Source: Bigelowiella natans CCMP2755 (taxonomy: Eukaryota; Protista; Cercozoa). From it: a DNA stretch of 53,320 nucleotides. A program made the position numbers and the translations under genes. How positions within the stretch are numbered: position 1 is the stretch's first letter; each line of letters starts with the position of its first letter. Positions 39,397-48,915 of this stretch are shown one piece after another. The notes below the pieces were generated by a model that did no database searches, was not told where the DNA came from, and was given only the letters and a program-made list of their open reading frames with translations. The stretch is from the NCBI GenBank assembly GCA_000320545.1, contig ADNK01001521.1, positions 1 to 53,320 on the forward strand, given 5' to 3'.

Positions 39397-42300
39397 AGGG
39401 GTGACCTGGGTAGGGACTTTCTGTCCCTAAACTCTTCCGTGTCCGCCCTCATAGCTGCATACTCATCGTTAGGCGCTTCGAGCTTGCGGTCGATGCCTAG
39501 GAGGGGCTTGTGGTCAGTCATTAAGGTGAAGCTGGGCACCGACAGCAGGTAGTATCTTAGTTTCCTCTGCGCCTCAGTCATGGCTTTATACTCTCCTTTT
39601 GTAGGGCTGTACTTGGCCTCAGCTGCTGTGCAGGCCCTGCCCCACACCCGTATGATCTGCTGGTCTTGGGTAAGTACAGCAGCCATACCTAGCTTAGACC
39701 AGTCTGTCCATAGGGTAGCTGGTCTAGTAGTGTCTAGCTTAGCATTCAATAGGGTGTTGCTGCATAACTTTATTAGGTTATCGAAGTGGGCATCAAGGCC
39801 AGCCTTGGCCCACACCTTAGCGAAGCTGAGGCCTACAGAGTTCTCCTTCCGGTAAGCAGTAGTAAAAGCAGCTGCAGTCCTAGCGTAGGTAGGGGAGAAC
39901 CTACGTAGTATCCAAGCTGCAGTCTGCAAGAATGACTTTAACTCCTTTGCATTCTTAGGTTTAGGGGCTTGCTGTAGTGCTGCTACTTTCTCGGGGTTTG
40001 GGGTGATGCGGCCTTGCTCCAGGTAATATCCACACCACTTGATTCTTGTAGCTAGGAATGTACACTTCTGCAGTCTAATAGTAAAACCGAAGTGTGCAAA
40101 CCTAATAAATATATTTTCCAGGAGGAAGATCTGAGCGACGACTGTGTTGGTACATATTATGTCATCATCCACATACACAAACACAAACACCCACAACACA
40201 GACGCCATCCCATCATGTGTGTATGCCCTGTAGTTCTGACTACTGAACGCATCCCCTGATATGCTTAGGCCGTAAGGGAATACGACGAAGTGCCACTTCC
40301 TGTGCCTGCTGGAGAACGCGGTAATGGGGCGGGAGGTTTTGTGGATGGGTGTCTGCATGTATGATTCATTTTTATCTAGGGAAGAGTAGTATTTGTATCC
40401 TATGACGTGTTCAATAACGTCATCTATCCTTGGTGTAGGTGTCTGGATCCTCTTTATTACTCGGTTGTGGCGGATGAAGTTGTGCGCCAGGCGGAAGAAA
40501 GGGTAAGTAGGTTTCTTAGCTAGCACATGTCTCACGTTCCATGGTGAGTTGCTTGGCTCTATCTTCCCTTCCTTTGCCCATTCATTGATCTGCCACTCTA
40601 TCTTTTCCCAGTCCGCTTCCGGTCGCCTATGTTCTGGGTCATTGATGATGCACTCTTCGTATCCCTTCTTTAGCTCGATCTTTACTGGGGTAAGCTTGCT
40701 GGAGGGCTTCGTCGTCGGCTTGGTGATGTCAGAGTACTTCTCGTTTAATATTTTATTAATGTACTTTTTGCCTTTGTCGATATCCCAATCATCAGCTGGG
40801 GGGGTCTTGTCCAGTAGCTCCGTTATCTGTCGGATGGTCTTGCCGGGGTTCTTCTTCCGTAGCTCGGTAGGTGTAGGTAGCTTGTTGTCCGCTAGGTCCA
40901 TAAACTCTAACGCATTAACGCTTGACTCAGAGGTCCACTCGTCAAGCCGTATCATGTTCTGGCTGATGGTCCTGCCTGACTTCTTTGGCAACTTAGCAAA
41001 GTATATCTTGTGATTGTAGAATGATATGATCCCCCCTAATTTTTCTAGGGCATCCTGTCCGAGGAGTAGTTCCATGGATAAAGTCATGGCTACTCGGGTC
41101 TTGATTTGGGTCTCCGCGTCGCTGCCAGGTATCTGTAGCTTTAGCATTAGCTCACCGACGGTCTTCATGGAAGAGCTTCCGTCTGCTTGAGCATATTTAC
41201 GTTCTTTCTTAGTCACTTGATCCAATAGTCCTAACCTTCTTACTGTGCTTAGGCTTATGAAGGACTTCGGCATGCTGCCACTATCCCAAAGGGCAGGTAG
41301 TTTCTTGTAGTCTCCGTAGCTGTCTTTAACTTTAACCTTGGTCATAGCAACTTTGATAGTCCTGTTAGCGTCTTCGTCATTAATGTTGCATACTCCTAAG
41401 TTCTTTATGTCGTCTAGGGTCATGGGCTTGTCTTGGTCCTGCGTTGCTGGTACTGCTGTCTTCGTCGGCGCCTGCTTAAGGTGATCTAATATTCCGTTTA
41501 TCTGCTGCTGTATAGCATTGATACTGTTCTGCTTTTTGTTCTTATATTTATTGTTCTTCCCGTTGTTGCTGCCTTGCCATTTGCTGTTGTTATATCCTTG
41601 TCCTCTGCCTTTCTTTCTCTTTAACTTCTCGTAGTGTTCGTTGAGCTGCCTGATCGTCATCCTGGGTCGTCCTTCTTTCCTGTCTCTGCAGTCTTTAGCG
41701 GTGTGTTTCCCTTTACGTGAGCAGTATCCGCAACGTCGGTTACCTTCCCTGTCCTTGTACCAGTCTCGCTGCGGCTTAATAGCGTTAATGTTTCCTATGC
41801 CAGGTACCTTAGGGCTGGTAAACTTGCGGTCCTGCTCCTGCTCGCGTAGGGATATAGCCTGCACTGCTGCCTCCATCGTGGTGTAGCCTTTCTCCGTAAC
41901 GTAAGTGGATTCCTTTATCTTTAACTTGAACTCTTCAAACCTTGCCTGATCATCACCTGTGTTGTAATTAAAATCATGTAGTTCGTCGATCATATCCTGG
42001 AAGCGCGTGGCAAAGTCTCTAACAGGTTCTCTCTCATGCTGCATCATTGCTCTGTATTTTCTAATAGCCTGGGGTAGGGAGTTAGCATCCTGTTCATTTA
42101 CAAAAGCCTTCATTATCGCCTCAACGTCTCGTAGCCCACTAACTGTAGTGTGTATTTTCTCTAGCTGCCTGATCCGGGTCCTGCCTGTCTCGTAAAGGTC
42201 CATGGCTTGCTTTATTATAGCTAGCCATTTGAGCTTGTCGTTTTCGGTGGGGTTAGGGGTAAAGTCGCAGAGTATACTCCTAGCGTTCTTCCACCACCTC

Positions 42301-42839
42301 CTTGCCTCACCTCTTTTCCCGTTGTATTTCGTTATCATAACCGGTGCTGTTTTAACAGACATGAACTGGGTGTTCCGCTGTACCGGCTGCTGCTGCTTGA
42401 CGGTGCTCTGGGTCGTCCCCCGCGAGGCGCCCAGACCCCCGTCGTTCCTAAACAAAGCTGCCCACTCTGGAGGTAAGTCTGCTTCGTAATCCATGATGTC
42501 CTGCATGATAGCTGCCCAAACATCATGTGTCTGATACTTGTATTCTATCGATACTTTCAGTTTGGCGTAGTTGCTCGCCCTGGGTCGCAAGGCTCGTAAT
42601 GCCATTACGACCTTCTTGCTTTCGGCGGCCACGTCCTCGTCGTCCGCCTCGTAGAAGTTCTCCAGTGCCTCTGCTGCTGCATCTGCTTTCTTAATCCCGG
42701 GTGCTGGTCCCGGCGGTGCCTGTGGAGGTGTTCCTCCTCCTTCCTTAGCGTCCGTATCGCCCTTCCTTTCCTGTTTCTGCTCGTGCCCTTGCACGGCCTG
42801 CGAGCCAAAGTCCTGCTGTTCTTCTAGCTGCTGTGACAT
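39186..42839 (-). CDS. Gag-Pol polyprotein (Gag zinc knuckle, aspartic protease, RT, RNase H)
   Basis: CGYCSRKGKHTAKDC knuckle; ALWDSGS protease; SPWN..YSSLDKNESYMQ..PYGL..YVDD RT; LWTDWS..YSPTKGEY..TDHKPL RNase H. Similarity is lost after ~39430. Confidence 0.95.
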   Translation of the reverse strand: MSQQLEEQQDFGSQAVQGHEQKQERKGDTDAKEGGGTPPQAPPGPAPGIKKADAAAEALENFYEADDEDVAAESKKVVMALRALRPRASNYAKLKVSIEYKYQTHDVWAAIMQDIMDYEADLPPEWAALFRNDGGLGASRGTTQSTVKQQQPVQRNTQFMSVKTAPVMITKYNGKRGEARRWWKNARSILCDFTPNPTENDKLKWLAIIKQAMDLYETGRTRIRQLEKIHTTVSGLRDVEAIMKAFVNEQDANSLPQAIRKYRAMMQHEREPVRDFATRFQDMIDELHDFNYNTGDDQARFEEFKLKIKESTYVTEKGYTTMEAAVQAISLREQEQDRKFTSPKVPGIGNINAIKPQRDWYKDREGNRRCGYCSRKGKHTAKDCRDRKEGRPRMTIRQLNEHYEKLKRKKGRGQGYNNSKWQGSNNGKNNKYKNKKQNSINAIQQQINGILDHLKQAPTKTAVPATQDQDKPMTLDDIKNLGVCNINDEDANRTIKVAMTKVKVKDSYGDYKKLPALWDSGSMPKSFISLSTVRRLGLLDQVTKKERKYAQADGSSSMKTVGELMLKLQIPGSDAETQIKTRVAMTLSMELLLGQDALEKLGGIISFYNHKIYFAKLPKKSGRTISQNMIRLDEWTSESSVNALEFMDLADNKLPTPTELRKKNPGKTIRQITELLDKTPPADDWDIDKGKKYINKILNEKYSDITKPTTKPSSKLTPVKIELKKGYEECIINDPEHRRPEADWEKIEWQINEWAKEGKIEPSNSPWNVRHVLAKKPTYPFFRLAHNFIRHNRVIKRIQTPTPRIDDVIEHVIGYKYYSSLDKNESYMQTPIHKTSRPITAFSSRHRKWHFVVFPYGLSISGDAFSSQNYRAYTHDGMASVLWVFVFVYVDDDIICTNTVVAQIFLLENIFIRFAHFGFTIRLQKCTFLATRIKWCGYYLEQGRITPNPEKVAALQQAPKPKNAKELKSFLQTAAWILRRFSPTYARTAAAFTTAYRKENSVGLSFAKVWAKAGLDAHFDNLIKLCSNTLLNAKLDTTRPATLWTDWSKLGMAAVLTQDQQIIRVWGRACTAAEAKYSPTKGEYKAMTEAQRKLRYYLLSVPSFTLMTDHKPLLGIDRKLEAPNDEYAAMRADTEEFRDRKSLPRSPLWLTRLPSRTATSCLSQRSSSTFKNTWINTNTSMRYLVIGYMYTLIMLGVPTCHGGPGEPFSLPPMDLHT

Positions 42840-42855
42840 TGTTAGTCAAATCGTT

Positions 42856-42873
42856 TCCCGTGTGTGGAAGCCA
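42856..42873 (-). promoter_or_regulatory. Primer-binding site (tRNA identity not determined)
   Basis: Minus-strand TGGCTTCCACACACGGGA begins 5 nt after the 5' LTR and is complementary to a tRNA ...CCA 3' end. Confidence 0.7.
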
Positions 42874-42878
42874 AAGGT

Positions 42879-43204
42879 TGTTGCGCGTAAGGTGTTCACA
42901 GGCCGAGGCGCTACGTGCACAAGTAGGCAGGGGGGGGGAAAGGCACGTTTGCTTCCTTTTGAAGAGTTGTGTTTATTTTTATTAAAGATTATATTTTTAT
43001 TAAATCGTGCACTGCGTAATCATTCGCGAAGCTTTCGCGAATGCCGCCGCACGTGGGGCAGCACACTTCCGGTGTGCTGCCATGAGTCCCGCCGGAACCC
43101 ACGTGCCTATGCTGTATTAATATCTACGTTATCTATATTCTATATCCGCGACAACCCCTTTGTTGTCGCACGTGACTTGTGCCCGCGTAGTGGTACGCGC
43201 TACA
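42879..43204 (-). repeat. 5' LTR
   Basis: Appears identical to 37556-37881; followed on the minus strand by the PBS and the gag ATG at 42839. Confidence 0.97.
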
Positions 43205-43620
43205 CGTGCCTGTTGGGATGGTTTCGCTCACCCATGATGGGATGTTGTCAATCCCATCGCACTGTCCCACGCAGCTGATGAGGGACAAAATTGCAAGCGT
43301 TGATGGTTGCTCTTGTCAGCCACAAAGGCTTGCGATCATCTGTGTCAGTTGTCGCAGCTGAGCTGTGATGATTTGCAAAAAGTGCAGCAGCGATGCGACC
43401 GTGAAAATCATTGTCATTGAAGGAACCAGGCAAACAAGTGATGCAATTTCCAGGCTTCAGCGCTGGCGCCGTGCAACAAGACACCTGTCTAACTGTGCCA
43501 GTGTGCACAGCTAGACAGCCACGTCGCAGGATGACCACAACACAGCCTAGCTGCAACCATTGAAAAAATGCATTCGCTTCATTCGTTTCACAAATTCAGC
43601 CACGCTACGCTAAGCATGCA

Positions 43621-43713
43621 GAGACTAAGTGCATGTAGTTCCTACACATGCGTGTCTCTTAGCATGTGAGAGACTAAGTGTGTGGAGTTCCTATGCATGC
43701 GTGTCTCTTAGCA
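43621..43713. repeat. 49-bp-period tandem duplication with CA/TG reciprocal differences
   Basis: gagactaagtgCAtgTagttcctaCAcatgcgtgtctcttagca versus gagactaagtgTGtgGagttcctaTGcatgcgtgtctcttagca. Confidence 0.9.
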
Positions 43714-43999
43714 CGCATCATTGCTCTGGCGATGCGTGCCGCACCACGTGCCATGTGTGTGCCGCGCGCACAAGCTAGCCAGTGCATGCTGGCATGCTAG
43801 CATGGCTGCAGCTACTACGCTAGTGCGCTCTAGCGCTTTGTCACGCATGCTGCTTTGATGACATTTTGCAAACGTGACAATTGTTCCCCAAAAAAAAGGT
43901 GCCAGGGAGACAATTTTCCACCATGCTAGCATGATCCATCGCAAGTTTTGGATGTTAGCGGTAAGCATCATCACTGAAACCATCCATATCACAGTTGAA

Positions 44000-45354
44000 C
44001 TACGAACGCATTGATTTTAAAATGGCTCCTTTATTTGACTTGTCTTTACTTTCAGTTTCTGCCTTCTCTTCTTGCTCCTTCCGCATTTGTGAGCTTATCA
44101 TCATACAAAAAATCAATTAATACCCCGAACAAGGAGGGGATTATTCTTGTGCAGGCGCGTCGACTGCCAAGCGTGCACGTCGTCAACTTCTACCTTAGTG
44201 ATGTAAATAATTGGTCGAATGTCCATGGCTCATCCTCTTCGAGGGTCTTCGATTGGGGTACTTTCGAATTAATGAAAAATTCTTAGGGAAATTAAGGAAT
44301 CTAGAAGTTCAGAACGAAGGAACCTAGTGTGGCAGTTAGTAGGGACATATCTACTCCGTCTTGCTGTTAAATGAACGAAGCCAAGATAAGATGATTACAA
44401 AGATTAATGAACACAATTTTTATTACCAGCGTGTTCGGAAGCTGGTACATGATATCATGGTCGAGTTCCTTGAGGGATTGCACTCTTTGACGTACATTCG
44501 GCGCAGCCGCAACCTGATAAAGTATAGAAGAATGATACGTGTTGTATGGCACATGCACGAATTTATGTCGAATTAACCTGCATCTTAATATCATGCTCTT
44601 GGTTAGCTTCCATATCCGGAATCTCTTGAATATCTGCTTGCAATGTAGTGGTGTGAAGGAGAAGTAGCATATTTTTTGGAATGAGCAATAGAGACCTGTA
44701 ATATTTGTCTCTTTGAATTTTGGCCTCTTGCCCTCGTTAGAAGCTGGTGTGGCTTCATCCGTAAAACTAAATCCTGCTGCTCCTGTTCCCGTCTTAGTTG
44801 TTGTTTCGGTCCCTCCTCCCCATCCTTGATTGCCTTTACGGCGGCCAAATCTGTGGAAAGATGAAGATCGCATTGTCAGTTTGAGGGGTCCATCAAGCTT
44901 CAAAAAGTCATGACGTTTCAAATATTGAGGTCAATAAGGAGAAGCTGCAAACTAAAAATAACACAGCCCTCCAAACCATAGCACATCATGAACATATTTC
45001 AAATTCGTTTCATTCTGGGGAGGTGGAGAGCGTTACTTCGGGCCACTACTGCTGGATTCCTGGAAATTTAAAATGAAAGAGTCAACAAAATTTCTAAAAG
45101 TGTATCGATTGAAACTCCCATAGTATTCATCTAGGTAGAGCATCATCACAAAGAGCTAGATTGGGGCGTTACACACGTACAGATGTCGCTCATTGTCACT
45201 CATCCCCATTACTAACCTCTTCGGAATCAATGCAAGCCGAACAAGGTTAACTATTGATACTTTTATCAAAAATCTTCCCATACAGCTACTCTCTCGATAC
45301 CCCCTCTCCCGAAGCAATGAATGTGTCACAGAAATTAGTGTAGTCTACCGCCAT
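44000..45354 (-). CDS. IFT43: Intraflagellar transport protein 43, multi-exon (start uncertain)
   Basis: IQEIPDMEANQEHDIKMQVAAAPNVRQRVQSLKELDHDI..DGVDMSLLTATLVPQSKTLEEDEPWTFDQLFTSL matches the IFT43 C-terminal domain; upstream FGRR..QGWGG; stop at 44000. Confidence 0.85.
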
Positions 45355-46093
45355 CCCAAATATGAGCAGTTAGAGAATGTCAGAGAGGGAAAGGGAACAT
45401 AATGGCTTGTAAATACAAATTGCGACTGAACAAAAAGGATGTTGTAAAATATTAACCCCGAGCCTGAGGCTAGTTTTCGCATTTTTAGGTTCTGGAGGTT
45501 CCAGATCTCTCTAAGCGCAGGTCATCTCAACCAAATACTATTTTACACTAAAAGTAGCCTTGGAATCTATGGAACGACTTGATAATAAGGAAAATATTTC
45601 TTGGTTAGATGGATTTAAGTGTCGTAGATTGTTATTTCCATCCTTTTAGAGAAACTTTTATACATACCGGGATTCGGAGGTTCCTCGGCGAATTTTGCGC
45701 ACAACCAAGCCAGGTAGAGAACAATGTGGAGGGGGGAGGGCGGGAGAGCGTGGACATGGTGATTGGCAAACACAGTCATCAAAGCTTAGGGAAATATTCA
45801 AGATTAATTCATAAGCTTATCCCTATTCCAATCACATCAATTTCCATCCTTTTTTAAAACAACGAGTAATTGATGTAGTGAGCGCCAACTCTCGTTTTCA
45901 AAATCCGAACAAATTAACTTTCTTTGCACTCAAAAAAAAACTACTTCTAAATATATACAAATATATATCTACTTACTTAATCGAGCGGGGGAGGGAAGGG
46001 ATATGCCCCTCAAATGGATTGTTGAAAGTCGGTATCATCACTCTAATAGCTCCTCGTTTTGCTGCCAATGACAGATTAGGGGTTGACAAAAAA

Positions 46094-46432
46094 ATGCCTC
46101 TGAACCTGAATAATAAGCAAGTTCAGGAGCTTGCAACGAGCTATGCCTGCATGGTTCTCGCTGATTGCGAAGCCAAAGTTAATGACGAAAACATAAATAA
46201 GCTTCTTGGAGCTGCAGGAGTCAAAGTGGAGCCATTTTACCCTAAGCTCTTCTCGCAGCTGTTGGCTGGTAAGGATCTAGTCGAAATGTTCGCAAAAGCT
46301 GGTGGATCCGGAGGTGGAGCAGGTGGTGCAACAGCAGGTGAAGGTGGTGAAGGTGAGGAGAAGAAGGAGGAAAAGAAAGAGGAAGAGGAAGATGATGGTG
46401 GATTCGACTTCGATGACGATGAGGTAGCGTAG
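46094..46432 (+). CDS. RPLP1: 60S acidic ribosomal protein P1, intronless
   Basis: ELATSYACMVLAD..ENINKLLGAAGVKVEPFYPKLF, a Gly/Ala hinge, then EEKKEEKKEEEEDD; ATG at 46094 after an A-rich context. Confidence 0.9.
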   Translation: MPLNLNNKQVQELATSYACMVLADCEAKVNDENINKLLGAAGVKVEPFYPKLFSQLLAGKDLVEMFAKAGGSGGGAGGATAGEGGEGEEKKEEKKEEEEDDGGFDFDDDEVA

Positions 46433-46964
46433 TAGCTCGCATATTTTATTGTCATTCTCCCTTTTCTTCCTACTCAAATGTCTTAGATGTTAACAGTAGC
46501 AATAGATACGTCATAATTTTGTATTATTCCGATGTAGAATAACTTAGTTGATGATGGACCAACCACTTGTTTCTGACTCGGTATTACTTTTTTCTGTAAT
46601 TTTAGTAAATTCTTCGTTACCAAAAGCCTTGCTGGATCCGTCGCAGTCACAATTTCTGGCAGCTCATATTAGAACCCCTTAGATTCTCCAATCCCATAAC
46701 ATGCCACGCTTCATTAAATTTATGTGAATTGATAAAAGTGCTTCGTGTGTTTAATTCGCCTTCTTAGGGAACACATGTCATGACATGATACATGTCAATG
46801 CATCTGCCCTGTGTGTGCACGAAATTTTGCTAGGGAGATGGAAAATGTGCAGTACACATGTGCAATGAGCTCCTCCACACATGACAATGACCGATGCGAT
46901 TCATTTGCTAGTTTGGGTTTCATTGCGCATTTGTGACTTGTGACGCGAGCTTTCAACCAATGTG

Positions 46965-47060
46965 TGAGACGGATGTAATGAATCAATCATTGTGAATTGT
47001 TCAATGGTCAGCCCCATGTAGCTGTGCAATGCAGAGACGGATGTAATGAAGCAAATCTTT
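46965..47060. repeat. Two adjacent copies of the MITE terminal repeat
   Basis: tgagacggatgtaatgaa..ttgttcaatggtcag..catgtagctgtgcaatgc is followed immediately by a second gagacggatgtaatgaa. Confidence 0.75.
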
Positions 47061-47379
47061 TCAACTACAATGGCGGTACGTCATCCTAACAACAATGATG
47101 TGAGCGTGGTACGTGTCGTGCCCAAATAACTAGCAGCAAAGAATCGAACATGTGCGTAGTCACATGAAGGCTCTAGGCTCTATTCGTGTACCCTGCTGTC
47201 GATCTGTGGGACACATGTTCATCAGATGGTTCATGCCACGTGTGCCTGCAAATGTGTTCACGGTTCGTACGCGTGCATGCAAGTGTGAGCGGCGCGAATG
47301 TAGCCACAAATGCTCCATCAAAGCAGTGGCTACAGCGCTCATGCATGTTGTGTCTGCACGTGCTGTCTCCGCTATATGC

Positions 47380-48457
47380 ATCATCTGAGTGGTTCATGCG
47401 CACACGTTTGAAAGCATCTGCGTCCGATCCTGTCGTCAATTGGTGCAGTGCGTGCAGCGGTCTGCTCTGGGCCTGTGCTTCTCTTTCAGCTCATTCAGTC
47501 AGCAGTTTCGTCTCATCGTTTCGATTGTCACAATGCGCATCAATTGGCTTCGCAATGATGATCTGAACCAACCACTGTGTGCGCGTGTGCAACGACAACT
47601 GCTGAAGACAGCACTTTGTTGCTGATCAAACTCCAACGCAGCGTGAAATTGCGTGCAGCGCACGCATGCATCTGTGGAAACAAACTTCAGGGCGAATTTG
47701 CAGCTAGACACTTGCACACTGCTGGGATTCAGAATTCTTGCCAGCACATTCCTGAGCAGTGCAATGAGGGCACAGACGATGAATTTGACGGTGGGATTCT
47801 GGGTGCGTGTTGCAATCCAGCAATCACTGGTGCTTCGATCAGTGCAGCAGCAGACAAAGGCAGCAAACGAGCAAGTGGCGTTGTTCAGGTTGAACTGTGA
47901 TGACACCATGCGGAGGCTGGACTGCCCTTTCATGGAGGTCAAGCTTGTCAGAGATCACACACACACATGATTGCATTGTGCTTCTAGCTCGCGACAAGAC
48001 TTTGTCTTGTCGCAGATTGTGCGCATGCATTCCTTGTCGCAGCAGGCCGAACTAGCGAAGCGCCATGGCAGTGCTTGTCGCACCTGTGCCACTTCACCTG
48101 CTGCAGCATGATGACAGTCAATTTGCCAATTTCTTCGGTTCATGCTCGCTTGCATGTCAACTAAATGCTTGTCACACTTGCGCGAGCATGGGAGCATCGA
48201 CAGAACCAACTGATGTTGCAAACATCACCAGCACAAGATCAATGGCATGGATCTGCGCCAAGCAGGTGCATTTAGCGCAGCAGCATCGCCATGCTCACAT
48301 TTGAATCGAGTCACAGAAATTCTGTGCTTTGCAATTGTCAGCATGACGCCAGAATCACTTGCTCGCACATGCGCCGAGCCCTAGAGCCTGACGGTGAAAA
48401 TCGATCGAAAGTCTCTGCACATGCATGTCATGGAAAGGTCCACGCTCTGGCAGCCTG
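47380..48457. other. TpA-depleted, CTAG-sparing intergenic tract
   Basis: 6 TA in ~1080 bp (4 CTAG, 1 CTAA, 1 TTAG); CpG, TG and CA abundant. Confidence 0.9.
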
Positions 48458-48879
48458 TTAGGGTTCTGGTAAAAACTCGTTTGTGAAGAGATTTTTAGCG
48501 TTCACAGAAATCCGAGGCAGCGGGACTCCCTGTCGATCCAGGACGATTTCGTGGTCGAAAAGAAAGTCAACCCAATTAGTCCATCTCTCGAGATCCATCC
48601 GGCCCCATACACCTTCGTCCTCATCTCCAACGTCGCCTTCTAACAGATACTTACTCCCAATGCTCAGTTGAGACGCCTCAAGAAACTGCAGGTCGCTCAA
48701 GGAGGGGTGCTTGCCTTCTGACTGGAGGATCTCCGCCGCAGCATATGGATTTTCAGCACAAAACCTATATCCTTGATCAAGTGCCGCGAGGACTCTTCGT
48801 ACCATATCGGGTTGTTTTTCCAACGTTTGTTCGCTAGCGAGTAGTACGGGGGAGTAACCATAAGGAATTCCATAATCCT

Positions 48880-48915
<36 letters not shown>

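Larger units (their letters stand above)
37556..43204 (-). mobile_element. Ty3/Gypsy LTR retrotransposon with both LTRs, recent insertion
   Basis: Two 326-bp LTRs (TG..CA), a 4-bp TSD CGTG at 37552-37555 and 43205-43208, PBS and PPT present, domain order gag-PR-RT-RH-IN. Confidence 0.97.

Noticed and set aside
39395-39435. Programmed -1 ribosomal frameshift between RNase H and integrase
   Set aside because: There is no X XXY YYZ slippery heptamer in the short open overlap, and the missing RNase H end motif favours a deletion.
39186-42839. Apparent enrichment of CTA/TAG contexts in the retroelement as an adaptation to the mutator
   Set aside because: Not quantified, and explainable by CTA-Leu codon usage. 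Many unprotected TA sites remain.
45878-46093. 72-aa N-terminal extension of P1
   Set aside because: It starts at GTG in an AT-rich promoter-like region; homology begins at the ATG at 46094.
47152-48304. Many overlapping Cys/His-rich ORFs in TA-poor tracts (also 2977-3519, 8359-8904 and 34075-34914)
   Set aside because: Loss of TA removes TAA/TAG stops and Tyr codons, which inflates ORFs in all frames. No recognisable protein motifs.
47380-48457. Classical RIP or CpG-methylation decay as the cause of the TG/CA excess
   Set aside because: CpG is retained and TpA is lost. C->T processes would remove CpG or CpA, and RIP would raise TpA.
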